Part shown: positions 1 through 13,010 of the stretch, piece after piece | Layout of the letters: every line of letters begins with the position of its first letter | How positions within the stretch are numbered: position 1 is the stretch's first letter | Assembly: GCA_030264375.1 (NCBI GenBank) | Contig: JASCQW010000072.1 | Span: 94,893,044 to 94,957,043 of the forward strand | From: Carcharhinus longimanus | Lineage: Eukaryota | Reading direction: 5' to 3' | Length of the DNA stretch: 64,000 nt | The notes under the pieces: generated by a model | The model's input: the letters and a program-made list of their open reading frames with translations, nothing else | What the model was told of the DNA's origin: nothing | Databases searched by the model: none | Made by a program: the position numbers and the translations under genes

Positions 1-112
1 AAATCCTCCCCCAGTGTATCTGAACAGGCGCAGGAGTGTAGCCACTTGGGGATTTTCACAGCAACTTCATTGCCGTGTTAATGCAAGCCTACTTGTGACT
101 AATAAATAAACT
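1..112 (+). mobile_element. 3' end of V-SINE, alternative-tail variant
   Basis: GGATTTTCACAGCAACTTCATTGCCGTGTTAATGCAAGCCTACTTGTGACTAATAAATAAAC tail matches those of longer copies at 21396, 25127 and 37908. Confidence 0.8.
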
Positions 113-124
113 TGAGATATTATG

Positions 125-455
125 CCAAATAACCAAAAGCTTGGTCAAAAGGTTACTTTTAACAAGATTCTTAAAGGAGGAAAGTGAGATGGAGAGCTGG
201 AGGAGAATTTTCCAAACCTTAGAGGTCTGACTGCTGATGGCAAGGTTATTAACAGTGGAATGATTAAAAACTGGGGACGTCCAAGAAGCCAGAACTAGTG
301 AAACAACAGTTGTGGGGCTGGAGGAGATTACAGACTCCAGGAAGGGCAAGGTCATGGAGCAATTTGAAAACAGGAATTTTAAAAATCAATATACTGTTTG
401 ACTGTTTTTCAATGCAAGTCAGCGAGCAGAAGGGTGATAGGTTAACGGGACTTGG
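125..455 (-). mobile_element. L2 LINE 3' fragment (decayed)
   Basis: Minus-strand translation FKIPVFKLLHDLALPGVCNLLQPHN resembles the L2 ORF2 C-terminus (FKIL..FKSLHGLAPPYLCNLLQP). Confidence 0.75.
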
Positions 456-1289
456 CGAAAGTGACAGATCCACATGGCAGAGACCATGAACCAGGCCCAG
501 AAGAATGTGAGGTTAATAGCATAAATATGGTCTTCCACAGCAATGTCAATGAGACACAAGTGACAGCCTTAACATGTAGCGATTGGGAGCTCTTAAAGTG
601 ACAATGGCCACTTACGTATAAGCTCCTAAACAAATGACAATAACTGCAATAAAAATCTGAGCTGTCTTAAGATAACTGGTTAGAATTTGTAATACTTCTA
701 CCAAACAAACAACATTGACATTACAGCTTTGGGAATATGAAAAAAATCAGATCCTTAAAATTCATCCCTTTTTGATTGATCTTAACCTGACGTTTTATCA
801 CATCCCTCAATCCTTCTGTCTGCTTACATTTTAAAAAAAACTTGTGACCCTGGTATGTCTCTTTTACCTGGCGATCAATTTTTTCCTCTAATTTTTTTAA
901 CTGCAAATGTTCTTTCCTCCTCTCCTAAAAATGTTTGCATTGTTGCTGCACCCTCTTCACAGGCAAACCCACAGCACCTTGCAGAACTGTCCACTCATAT
1001 TTTGGCAATGAGCATCAAGTATTGAACAGAGACAAATATTACAAGATGAGTCAATCCTATATTTATTTGATAACGGTTCAGTGCCAGCAGAGACTGCTAG
1101 TCGGTAACCAGGAACAGAAACAGTGGTTTATTTACCCCGTCCCTGACTCAAAGTGCATTTCTAATTATAATATCTTTACAACAGTTAATTTGTAGACTAG
1201 AATGAATCTAATGTGCTTCTGGTCAATCTTTATAATTCTGCAACACATCAACAGGATGTGAATCTGTCCACAGAATTTAACAGGTATAA

Positions 1290-1596
1290 CAGCAACAGGG
1301 TGGCACAGTGGTTAACACTACTGCCTCAGTGCCAGGGGCCCAGACTAGATTCCCTGCTTGGATCACTGTCTGCATGGAGTCCACACATTCTCCTAGTGTC
1401 TGCGTGGGTTTCCTTGGGTGCTCCAGTTTCCTCCCACAGTCCAAAATATGTGCAGGTTAGGTGGATTGGCCATGCTAAATTGCCGCTTCATGTCAGGAGG
1501 ACTACCTAGAGTTATGGAGGTCAGACCTGGGTGGAATTGTGGTCGGCGCAAACTCAATGGGCTGAATAGCCTTCTTCTGCAATGTAGGATTCTAAG
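1290..1596 (+). mobile_element. HE1-like tRNA-derived V-SINE (CR1 tail)
   Basis: A box TGGCACAGTGG, V-domain (TGCGTGGGTTTCC..CTCCAGTTTCCTCCCACAGTCC), tail GGGCTGAATAGCCT..CTGCAATGTAGGATTCTA. Confidence 0.9.
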
Positions 1597-2544
1597 AGTA
1601 AAGAATTACGAGTAACCAACTGTGGAAATCATATGTGGCTTCAGTAATTAATAAACTTTCATGTGCATAGTTTTAATTTTAACAAAAGCAACATAATTTC
1701 CTCTTTAAAAATTGTTATACTTAGCGACAAAATAAACAAGCAAGTATAATGTTAACTTGCAGAGAGAAAAACTGCTATGGCTACAAAGGTCAAGGATCTG
1801 TAACTAATTAGAATAAGACATAGTTTTTTTGTTGTAACATGTCCAAGGGGCATCAATATTCTTATAAACCTTCTGAACGTGGCTCACTGCAGCGCTTGAT
1901 CTGAATTTCCAAATGCATTGCAATTCTGACATATACTCCCAGCCATCTGAAAGAAAAATGCTATTTTCATCCATTCCCACAAGTGATCAATAACTTGCTA
2001 TAAAGTATGTCATCAACGAGACAGTTCTCTTTCAGTGCTGAAGGCTATAGACTGGTGACAAAAAATTGTTCATGTTCAATTCAAAATCAAGTGGGCAGGC
2101 CATGGAGGGAAAAATGCAACCTCAAACAAAGTTCTATTCCTTTAACCTTTTATGCCATTGTCATCCACACCCACGAGCAACTATTACTAACTCACTGTAC
2201 AACAGTGAAAAACAAGGCTGAAAATCCAGGCTGCTCTCAACTGGATTCATGTTAACATGTTAGGCAGTTAGGTATGAATGCATTTAACATTTCAGAGTAT
2301 TCTAATTAATTAATTCACTTGAAAACACCACTAGAAATAAAAATGACAAGGATGGTGTCTCTTTCGCGAATAAATGATTATTTTTGTAGATATAAAAAGC
2401 TCTTTTTACTTTAATCTCTTCCACCTCTTTCCCGTAATCCCATCTATATTCCCCAACATCTATTTCACTTCCTAATCCTGTACATCACCTACAGGTAAGA
2501 GGCAGGAAATATAAATTATTTATTTTCTGATTGCTTAGCATCAC

Positions 2545-3000
2545 GCGATTTAGGAGTCATTATCGCCTTTTTGCCCTTCAAACTTGCTCTACAAGTCAAT
2601 AAGATTGTAGTCTCAACTCCACTTTCCTGTCTGCCCACCATAACCTCGAGCTCCCTTGTCAATCAAAAATCTATTTAGTTCAGAAACATTTAGTGACTTA
2701 ACACCACTGCTTTCTAGGAAAGAGAGTTCCAAACGTTAACCATCCCCAGAGAGAAAGAAATCTAATGAGAGGGAACTCTTATTCTTAAACCTCGTCCTAG
2801 CAAACACTCCCTCTCCTCAAGGGTTAAACATCTTCAGAGGTTCCATTCTATGAAGTCCACTCGGGATCTGGTGTTTCAATTAGATCATTTCTCACTCTAA
2901 TCTCCAATGGATATTAGCCAAACCTCGTCAATCTTTCTTCCTAAGATAAGTCCGTCATCCCAGATATGAGTCAAGTGAACTTTCTCAGAACTGCTTTCGT
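2545..3000 (-). mobile_element. Old CR1 LINE 3' fragment
   Basis: CTCAACTCCACTTTCCTGTCTG..CTTGTCAATCAAAAATCTAT..AGAGAGTTCCAAAC matches the reverse CR1 3' end seen at 7958 and 62330. Confidence 0.65.
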
Positions 3001-3271
3001 ATTTATACTCTTGTTCAAACTGACAAGTGAGGATATTTAATCCAATTGGTTAAGGAGTCTGATTGTTACTTGCCCAATTGAGAAAAGCACAAATTTCCTG
3101 CAAAAGGTGCCACACTGAAATAGTGCCAGATTACAAAAAAAACAATAAACCCACACCCCTTCATTACTGTACATGAACCAAACACAAAATTATTTCTTCT
3201 CTACTGAGGCCAAGTCCAGGTCAGTATATTAACCACAATGCTCGGAACAATAGTTGCAATCACAAATAATC

Positions 3272-4050
3272 GGGCCAATTCTTGCGCTGTTTCAGCAGCG
3301 AAACAGACTACGAGACATTAGCGGAGGCCGTTTAGCAGGCTTCCCACTGGGTGCCATGACCTCTGCACGTCTTTGGTGGCATGATTTTTGGAAATAATCA
3401 GCTCTGTGTCAGATGTCAGCTCAGAGCTGATTTAAATATTTGAATGTGATCAACAGGCCTGGAAGTGAAGTCTTTGGATGTGTCTCCCCTACCACGAGTG
3501 ATTCCCCCCAGCAGGGCTTACAACTGCTCCCCACAAATGAGGAGCTGGCTGCCAACCCCACTGGAGAAAACTGAGGCCATTGAGGCCCACCTAGGAGATC
3601 AAGGGTAAGGACGGAGCTCCCTGGGCAGTGCCAGCCTGCTCCCCAGCATTGCTCAAGGGGCAAACTGGCAATGCCCAGCAGGCATGGCCCGCTGTCACTC
3701 TGCACAAGGATCGGTGGCAGAGGAAGAGAAGGGGGTGATCAGGGCTGGCCCAGAAGGGTCTGGGAGGCCTGCGATCAGGAGGCCGGCAGTGTGGGACCAC
3801 TGCATATGCAACAATCCCAGCACTGACAGATTAGCACGTGCATCCTGGCCCACTCAGCATTATGCTGTCGATGTCTCAGGCGGGAATAGACCCGCCCACT
3901 TATTTTCGGAGTGAATCTCACTCAGGTACTCTGCAATGCACAGAGTGAGAGAGATTCATTCTGAAAATTCAACTAAAAAAAAAAATCAGCGAAAATTACT
4001 CCAGTTTTCAGACGAATTCAGCACTTACAACTGTTTTGGGAGAATTGCCC
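3272..4050. mobile_element. Non-autonomous DNA transposon (MITE-like, possibly PIF/Harbinger-related)
   Basis: Imperfect terminal inverted repeats GGGCCAATTCTT / GAGAATTGCCC; GC-rich interior with internal hairpins; no coherent ORF. Confidence 0.55.
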
Positions 4051-4349
4051 CTATGATTTTCCTCAAGGACTACTTTCAAGACACAACACAAGACTAGACT
4101 TGGGCACAGGAAGAATTATTCGGATGGATGAATGTTGAGAAGTTGCACATCATGATATTTATCAACTAACCAGATTGATGAGATTTTAAAAAAAAACATG
4201 AAGACAGTTAGAAATTCTCCAAAGAATTTCAGATTAATTCTTGGAAAAACACAGCAAACTATTTTGAGATAATTCTAGGCTGTATGAAAGCAAATTACAA
4301 GTGGTAGGGCTCGGAGATCAGGCTAGGAGCCAGGGCTTGGAGGTGGACA

Positions 4350-5320
4350 AAAGGCCAGTTGGCTTAACTTCTGCAGTGGGGAAAATGCTTGAATCTATCA
4401 AGGAAGAAATAGCAAGACATCTGGATAGAAATTGTCCCATTGGGCAGATGCAGCATGCAATTCATGAAAGTCAGGTCACGTTTAACGAATTTACCAGGAT
4501 TCTTTGAGGACATTACATGCACAGTGGACAAAGGGGAACCGGTGAGGTATCTGGATTTCCGGTAGGCATTCTGCAAGGTGCCGCACAAAAGGCTGCTGCA
4601 TAAGGTAAGGGTGCACAGCATTAAGGTTGATGCATTAGCTTGGATAGAGGATTGATTAACTGACAGGAAGCAAAGAGTGGGGATAAATGGATGTTTTCCT
4701 GGCTGGCGATCAGTGGCATGTGGTGTGCCTTAAAGATCAGTGTTGGGGCTGCAACTGTTTACAATTTGGAGTTGGGGACCAAATATAGTGTGTCAAAATT
4801 TGCAGATGATACCAAGATGAGCAATAGAGCAAACTGTGTAGAGGGTACTGAGCGTCGACATAGTTTGAGTGGGCAAAGGTCTGGCAGATGGGGTACAATG
4901 TTGGTAAATATTCCGGGGGGGGGTGCGGCAGGACTCTTCTGGAAACATAAGATTATGAAGGGAATAGATAAGATAGAAGCAGGGAGATTGTTTCTACTGG
5001 CAGGTGAAACTCGAACTAGGGGGCATTGCCTCAAAATAAGGAAGAGCAGATTTAGGACAAGTTGAGGAGAAACTTCTTCATCCAAATGCTTGTGAATCTG
5101 TGGAATTCCCTGCACAGTGAAACAGTTGAGACTAACCTCGTTGAATGCTTTTAAGGCAAAGATGGACATATTTTTGAACAGTAAAGGAATTATGGGTTAT
5201 GGCAAGTGATCGGATAAGTGCAGCCAAGTCCACAAAAAGATCAGTCACGATCTTATTAAATGGCGGATCAGGATTGAGGGGCCAGATGGCCTACTCTTGC
5301 TTCTAGTTCTCATGTTCTTA
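4350..5320 (+). mobile_element. CR1 LINE ORF2/3' fragment with internal deletions
   Basis: RPVGLTSAVGKMLESI, YLDF..AF.KVPHKRLL, SKFADDTK (RT motif), ETRTRGHCLKIR; CR1 3' tail ending ATGTTCTTA. Confidence 0.9.
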
Positions 5321-6037
5321 TTATTAGTTATTATTATGTCTTTTTAAGATGCCTTCAAACAATACTGTGTCAGAAACCCACACTGATAAACAATTTATAA
5401 ATGCTCAAGCTCAAACCACATGAGCTTGAATATTTGACATACAATAGGAGAGGAAATTATAACTGGACAAGATCTTCCAGCTGTTCACAGTGGCAAGATC
5501 TTACATTCCCGCATAATATGCTCAGTCACCATATGGGGATACAAGTAAGAGATCCACAAAATGCAGAGAAAGTGATCTATTTGGGAGTCAGATGAAAGGT
5601 CATTGCAACGTAGTCAGCCTACTCAACTGCATACTAACATAATCAGAGGAACTGGCCATTTTCACAGAAAGCAATCGCAGGTGAGGCAGCTTATAATCTA
5701 CATTCACCTCATTTGCATATAACAAGTCATTTCCGAGCCACAAGCATGCTCATGTGCTCATTAAAGACTCATATTTACATAGCACCTCATTAAATCTCTC
5801 AAATATTTCAAGTGCTTTGTATTTAAAGAATTGCTTTGAAATGCAGCAACTACTACATGAGAGAAAATAGCCATTTTGGGCACAGACTGCATACAAAATT
5901 AATAAATCAGTTACATTGTTGCATGGTGCTGGTTTAGCATTGTGCTGGTTCATGGAAGAACACAAGCAAGAGCTGCAGGAGAATGATGCCCCCAACCCTG
6001 ATATTGTATTTTCACCTGAAATTAGGACTTTGATTTT

Positions 6038-6712
6038 TTTCAGATTTATTATTGTCACATGTATTAGTGAAAAGTATTGTTTCTTGCGCGATCTAAAGAT
6101 AAAATATACCTTCAGAGACAGAAAGGAGACAGTGCAGAATGCAGTGTTACAGACATACCTTAGGCTTAGAGAAAGGTCAACTTAATGCAAGGTAGGTCCC
6201 ATTCAAAAGACTGATGGCAACAGGAAATAAGCCGTTTTTGACTCGCTTGGTACATGACCTCAGAATTTTGTATATTTTTCCCCAAAGGGAGGTGGTGGAA
6301 GAGAGTACGTTTGAGGTTTGTGGGGTCCTTAATTATGCTGGCTGCTTTGCCAAGGCAGCGGGAAGTACAGACAGAGTCAATGGATGGGAGGCTGGTTTGA
6401 GAGATGGATTGGGCAACATTCATGACCTTTTGTAGTTTTTTGCGGTTTTGGGCAGAGTAGGAGCCATACCAACCAGAAAGAACACTTTCTTTGGTGCATC
6501 TGTAAAAGTTGGAGAGAGTTATAGCTAACATGCCAAATTTCCTTAGTCTGAGAAAGTAGAGGCATTGATGGGCTTTTTTTTTTAAAAGTGGGGGAGGGAC
6601 AGAAACAAAGAGAAAAGAGAGAGGGGACTAGGATGGGTTGTTGGTGATCTGGACACCTAAAAACGTGAAGCAGTCGACCATTTCTACTTCGTCCCCATGG
6701 ATGTAGACAGGA
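6038..6712 (-). mobile_element. Rex1/Babar-type LINE 3' fragment
   Basis: TLSNFYRCTKESVLSGWYG..AQNRKKLQKVMNVAQSI..LPSIDSVCTSRCLGKAASIIKDP; tail CTTTTCACTAATACATGTGACAATAATAAATC. Confidence 0.85.
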
Positions 6713-8101
6713 AATCAGTGAAATGTTGACACCTATAATAATGGAGTCCATAAATTTTTCCTGAAATCCTGAATGAGTGTTGGAAGCCGTAACCAAAGCA
6801 TAAATGTGATCACCACTTTTGAACCAAGCTGCCACCTAACATCTTCAGGCATTTCACTAGTCAAATTGGAGTGGATTTTACTTCCAGTCTGTGTTAATTT
6901 CCTTAGGGTGGTTACACAATTAATTGCAGCCATTTGTACCGAACAGACTTCAATGTGAATGTATGCAAAAAAAAAATAGGATTTAAAGGAGCAAATAAAT
7001 TATTAACAGCAGAACTGTTATCTGAATGACTTGAAAAATTGATGACCTGCTAATTTTGTACTGTGGTGTATTACATCTAAAGTGCACACTGGGTTGCTTA
7101 TTTGGGGGGCAGAAGCTTCAATCTGATCAACTTCAGATTAAAGGAGATTCTATAAGCAAAGCTACTTTGATTTACAGCTACAATCAGCACCACGGCTAGT
7201 ATTTTGCTGTTTCAGAATTAAGTGACAGAAAATCTCAGCATACAAGAAAATTGTCAAAACAAATTAAGAATCGTGCCCCCTTCTCTTCAGTTCCTTCACC
7301 TGCATAATAAACTAGAAATCAAATTACTGCATGAGCCATCTTTTACCCACTTGAAAAATCAAGAACATCTCATCATTGAATTTTTCCAGAGATACAAGCA
7401 CATTTACAAGTGTGCTCCACAACATTTACTAAATTAAGAGACTCAACGAGAGCCAAAATTCATTTCCAAAACTCCAGCAAATAAGATGCATTGAAATTGA
7501 AGCTCAGCAGATAGAGAGAGAGAGCAACATAAATAGTATGAATTAAAATGCCAAATTGAGAGCACTTAATAGATCACATAATTGTGTACACATTCAGCAG
7601 AAGGAGCCTAATCCTGGAAGTAATGATGCCATGCAATTCATTGATACCTGGCTTTGAAGTAGAGGATCAGCAAATTACAATGCAGAAAATACAAAAGCAT
7701 ATATGGCTGGAAAATGCTTATTACTGTTCATCAGGTCAATTCCAGAGTTCAAAATGTACCTTCTCAAACTCTTTCCTTGTTTCATCAAACAAGTACCCAA
7801 ATTTGCTTTCATAGTCTCCCGGGGCAAGTCTATTTTTATTGAACAGAATCTTAATATAATCTTTCCTCAGCCTTTTTTTTCTTCAATATACGTACCTCCA
7901 GTTTCTTCACTCTTTCAGTGACGGCCCAGCTGTCTTATATCTGCTGTCCCTTTTGTAACCATAAGACATAGGGATAGAATTAGACCATTCGGCATATGGA
8001 GTCTACTGTGCCATGCGATCATGGCTGATGTGTTTTTCCTCAACCCCATTCTCCCACATTTTCCCTATAACCTTTGATTCCTTAACCAATCAAGAACCTA
8101 T

Positions 8102-8840
8102 GTCTCCCTCAGTGTCAACAAAATGAAGGAGATGGTCAATGACTTCAGGAAGCGTAAAGGAGAGCATGCTCCTGTCTACATCAACAGGGATGAAGTAGGA
8201 AAGGTCGAGGGCTTCATGTTTTTAGGTGTCCAGATCACCAACAACCTGTACTGGTCCCCCTGATGCCGACACTATAGTTAAGAAAGCTCATCAACGCTGC
8301 TACTTTCTCAGAAGACTAAGGAAATTTGGCATGTCAGCTACGACTCCCACCAACTTTTACAGATGCACCAAAGAAAGCATTCTTTCTAGTTGTATCACAG
8401 CTTGGTATGGTTCCTGCTCTGCCCAAGACCGCAGGAACTACAAAAGGTCGTGAATGTAGCCCAATCCATCACAAACCAGCCTCCCACCTGTTGACTGTGT
8501 CTACACTTCGCGCTGCCTCAGCAAAGCAGCCAGCATAATTAAGGGCTCACACATCCCAGATATTTTCTCTCTTCCACGTTCTTCCATCGGGAAAAGATAT
8601 CGAAGTCTGAGGTCACGTACCAACCGACTCAAGGACAGCTTCTTCCCTGCTGTTGTCAGACTCCTGAATCAACTTACCTTGCATTAAGTTGATCTTCCTC
8701 TACACCCCTAGCTATGACTGTAACACTATATTCTGCATTCCTTTCCTTCTCTATGAACAGTATGTTTTGTCTGTATAGCACACAAGAAACAATACTTTTC
8801 ACTATATGTTAATACATATGATAACAATAAATCAAATCAA
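8102..8840 (+). mobile_element. Rex1/Babar-type LINE, 5'-truncated
   Basis: TIVKKAHQRCYFLRRLRKFGMSATTPTNFYRCTKESILSSCITAWYGSCSAQDRR; ends AATAAATCAAATCAAA. Confidence 0.9.
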
Positions 8841-9049
8841 ATATCTGTCTTAAATACACTCAATGATCTGGCCTTCATTTCTGTGACAATGAATTCCACA
8901 AATTCACCATCCTCTGACTGAAGAAATTCCTCTTCATCTCAGTTCTAAAGAATTGTTCCTTTACACTGAGGCTGTGCCCTTGGATTCCAGTCTCTCTTAC
9001 TAATGCAAACATCTTCCCCATGTCCACTTCATCCAGGCCTTTCAATATT

Positions 9050-9360
9050 AGAACCATAGAATCCCTACAGTGCAGAAGGGAGCCATTTGGCCCATTGAAT
9101 CGACACCGGCCACAATCCCACCCAGGTCCTATTCCCATCACCCCAATATTGACCCTGCTAATCCCCTGACATGAGGGTCAATTTAGCACAGCCAATCAAA
9201 CTAACCCACACATCTTTAAACCATAGGAGAAAACTGAAGCACCCAGAGGAAACCCATGCAGACGCAAGAATATGCAAAAACCACACAGTCACCCAAGGTT
9301 GGAATTGAACCTGGGTTCCTGGCGCTGAGAGGCTGCAATGCTAACCACTGCGCCACCCAT
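9050..9360 (-). mobile_element. HE1-like V-SINE
   Basis: Full tRNA head, V-domain and CR1 tail on the minus strand; TATT on both flanks is a possible TSD. Confidence 0.9.
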
Positions 9361-10600
9361 GTATTCTGTAAGTTTCAATGAGATTCCCCCTAATCCTTCT
9401 AAACTCCACTGAGTACAGACCCAGAGTCCTCTACCTACACAATTATGATATTACAACCAATTGTACAGCCAAGACAATGTACACTTGGTCAATTCAAAGC
9501 AGAAACAACAGGATCCTGTAAATGGAATGTTACTACTTCAACTTTACTGAAAGCACATTTCCAAAGATAGAAAAAAAAATGATATTGGAGGTAATGCTGA
9601 ATATTTGGGTCAATTCTGCAAGTCTCACAGATGGCAGAATTTTTTTCTACACCTGCATGCTATACACCATTCCCATCATTAGAGCAACACAGTGACTTGG
9701 CCCAATTGGCAAAGGTGTTACACGAAACATTAGTTTGAACAGACAAGCAGAAAGTTGCCAATCAATCACTGAGCTGCAGCATGTCAACAAAGTAAGATAG
9801 CAAGGCATACCCTAAAAATGCTCAAAGGCAGCAAGCAGAATGCAAATCTAAATGAAATATTGCATCTATTAGTCATTTAGAATTTAGGGAAAACGTGGTG
9901 CAGATCAGGCAGAAAATATACGAAGACTGGAAATGAAAGATAAAAATAGAACAGGTCATATTTCACACCAGGTCAGTTAGCAGCTGAAAGAGAATGGTTA
10001 ACATTCTGTGTGAATCCCTCATTCAAACAGATTGACACACAAAGAATCTGGGGAATTAGGAGGATTGCCTGAGGGGATGCATCCAGATCTTGATGCTAAA
10101 CACGACTGAATTGCATACCAAGTGTGGAGTTTTGCAAAGCGGCCTGTGGGGGGAAGACATACACTCTCCCAGGCAAACAAACTCTTACTGCACAGGTTGG
10201 ACCCTGCAGTAAGTGTCTCCCCGTCTCTTTCTTGCATGTGGCAGACCACAGGACAAGATCTTTAGAATGCCTAGTGGACCTACTTTTCCAATGGTGCAAT
10301 CTCAGTGTTGGACAGTTTCCACACAGGGCAGAGAAATTCCTCTCAACAGTCTCTCTTTTTTATTAACATCAACAAGATGCAAGTGACATGTGTGACCCTG
10401 AAAGCCACTCATCAGGTGTAGGGCACTGTTCGATGACCTGATGGGATGTCAGCCAATAATACAAGAGGAGTCTGCAAAAACATGGGGAAAAGATGGTTGT
10501 CAATAGTTTTAATAGGGAGCCTCCAGCTTCACATTTAAGTATTATGATCCCTGTTACTACTGGACAGAAAAATCCCACAATAAAACCCTGGTTCAGAAGA

Positions 10601-10937
10601 TCATAATCATAGAATCAAAGAATCATAGAATCCCCACAGTGCAGAAGGAGGCCATTTGGCCCACCAAGTCTGCACTGACCTATGATCCCACCCAGAGACT
10701 ATCCCCATAACCCCATGCATTTACCCTAGCTAGTCCCCTGACACTAAGAGGGGATTTAGCATGACCAATCCACCTAACCTGCACATCTTTGGACTATGGG
10801 AGGAAACTGGAGTATGTGAGGAAAAACATGCAGAAACAGGGAGAATGTACAAACTCCACATAGGCAGCAACACAAGCCTGGAATCAAACCCAGGTCCCTG
10901 GCGTTGTGAGGCAGCAGTGCTAATTACTGTGCCACCA
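10601..10937 (-). mobile_element. HE1-like V-SINE
   Basis: (CATAGAAT)n tail, V-domain and tRNA head on the minus strand. Confidence 0.9.
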
Positions 10938-10961
10938 AAGTAATGTTTTACTTTTAACAAG

Positions 10962-11961
10962 ATGTTGGCGGAACAGAGTCACAGGACTGTGAATCAACTT
11001 TGGCAACAAAAGAAGTAAACCTAAAAAGTTTGACTAATACAATTCTCATTCACTCCCATGTATCTTCACAAACATGTACAGATTTTACGTATGATAGATT
11101 ACAACATGCATCTTACACTACAGTGTTCTCAATAGGCAGAATCGCTGTAATCCAACAGACTAGTGGTCGGACAACACTTCACTGAAAGCCAGTGGCAGAT
11201 GCCATTCAACTCAATCTTCTGTGGATTACTTCTCAAATTCCATCCCCATGCCCACCACCCCCCCCCCCCCCTCCCCATAAGTAAGTGTTTCCAAACAACC
11301 CTCTCAAAGGCAAGCTTTAAAATCTTCTTTCAAACAATAATATCCCCCAACTGTTTTCATTAAGGAACCATCTCCAGGTTTCCCAATTATCCTTTCAAAC
11401 AGGGCTCTTAGCTGTTTCAGCAAGGATCCAGCTCAAAGTTTTCCAACTCTCCTTTGTCTTGAATTGCCTCATGAATCCAAACAGTTCCCTTTTGTTCCTT
11501 TTTATTTCAATCTTCCTGGAAACTTGTCTTCATTCTTTGGTCTCTAGAACAAACAGTCCTTTAATTATTGGGACTTGCACATTACTCTGTTAAGGCTTTC
11601 CTGTTCTAGCAGAACTCAGAACTGTTCACTCATTAGCTTCCCAGCTCTAACCACCTTCAAGTTCAGTTAAAAACACACTCAAAAAGGTATTTTTTTCTTA
11701 AAGGTGGCCCCTGGTTGCTAGCCAACATTGCATTCTTTCCCCAAGCTCATTTTTACTTTTCCTGTTGTAAACTCTCAGCACAACAGAAACAGTCTGAACT
11801 GAATAAAAAAAATGCAAACACATTTGTCTAACATGAATTGGACTAGAATTGTAACCTTTCCACATAGAAACGCCAAATTAAACTCACTTAAATCTATACC
11901 TTATTTCTAGTATCCAGCAACACAAATATGGATCACTGAAAACTTCCTATGTTTCTAGACA
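10962..11961. mobile_element. Possible solo LTR (low confidence)
   Basis: About 1 kb block bounded by TGT...ACA with C/T-rich, LTR-like composition; no TSD confirmed. Confidence 0.3.
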
Positions 11962-12881
11962 ATATTTTTGGCAGCATTACTTTAAGCTTTCCTTCAAATA
12001 ATTCTCTTAGGAAACCACATGTTAGGCAATATGTAAACCAAATCAGTCAGGTGACACCTGCTGAGTTCAGTGCGAGATGATTGCTGGTTTGGGTTTCAGA
12101 ACAGGTGCTGGAGCCATTATTTGCATTTTTAAAAGGGGCCTGATACTTAAAGCTGTTGCTCTGGAAGCACCCAAACCAGAGTGGCATCAAACAACTTTCT
12201 GACTTTATTTTGGAGGTTGGTCGCCCAAATTAGGCCCCCTTGCATCTGCTTGGCACCTGGACAACTGACAGAACGGGGTCAGAACCCATGTCACATAAGT
12301 TTCTCAGGTGGACAATTATACTCCTTAGAAGTGATCACCGAAGAATTTGATTCTAGAATTATCTAACCAGTAAACACCACAATCAGATTGCCAACAAATA
12401 CGCGTAACTGTTTTAAATCACAGACACAGCTTCTCATATTCCACTATTAGTACGTATCAAACAAAATACTTTCACAATTGACCAAAAATGGCCAACTCAG
12501 GGTTATTTCACAGTAGCATAATTGATGCGCATTTCTTTTTTTCAACAAGTCCTCACCTGATATAAAAGAAACCTCAAACAATTATACATCAATGGCTTTG
12601 CTTTTATTTGGAGGCCAGGATAGAATAGCATGATCAAATGTCTTCAGACAAATAAAACCTCTCTACACATCATTCTGTCTCTAGTGTTCTGATTAGTTTT
12701 ATGAGAATTCTTGGCAATTTTATTTAAAGGAGCAAAAGAAAAACAAAAAAGTGAGTTTTGCAAATTTATCCCAAAAATACTGGGATGGAAGGTCTAAAAA
12801 CTGTCTGAGCTGGACTTCTGACAAGTATTTGCAAACTCATCTGCAGTTGCAAGCATATCTACAATAATGAAATTCACTCGG

Positions 12882-13010
12882 CGGAGTGAATTTTCCTGTT
12901 CCACCTGCCACAGGAATCAGAGTAGGCCAAGGACAGAATATGGAAAAGGTCTGTCGATCTTTCGTGACATTTTCCAGTTTCAGGGCGAGCATGGCTGGAA
13001 AATCCTACCC
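12882..13010. mobile_element. Short MITE-like element
   Basis: Imperfect inverted ends GGAGTGAATTTTCC / GGAAAATCCTACCC, similar in style to the 3272-4050 termini. Confidence 0.45.

Larger units (their letters stand above)
7958..9435 (-). mobile_element. CR1 LINE 3' end, interrupted by a Rex1/Babar copy and a SINE
   Basis: Pieces 7958-8101, 8841-9049 and 9361-9435 join into GHSLSVKEQFFRTEMKRNFFSQRMVNLWNSL plus the CR1 tail. Confidence 0.85.

Noticed and set aside
1290-1370. tRNA genes at SINE heads
   Set aside because: A/B boxes are followed by the V-domain and a LINE tail; these are tRNA-derived SINEs, not tRNAs
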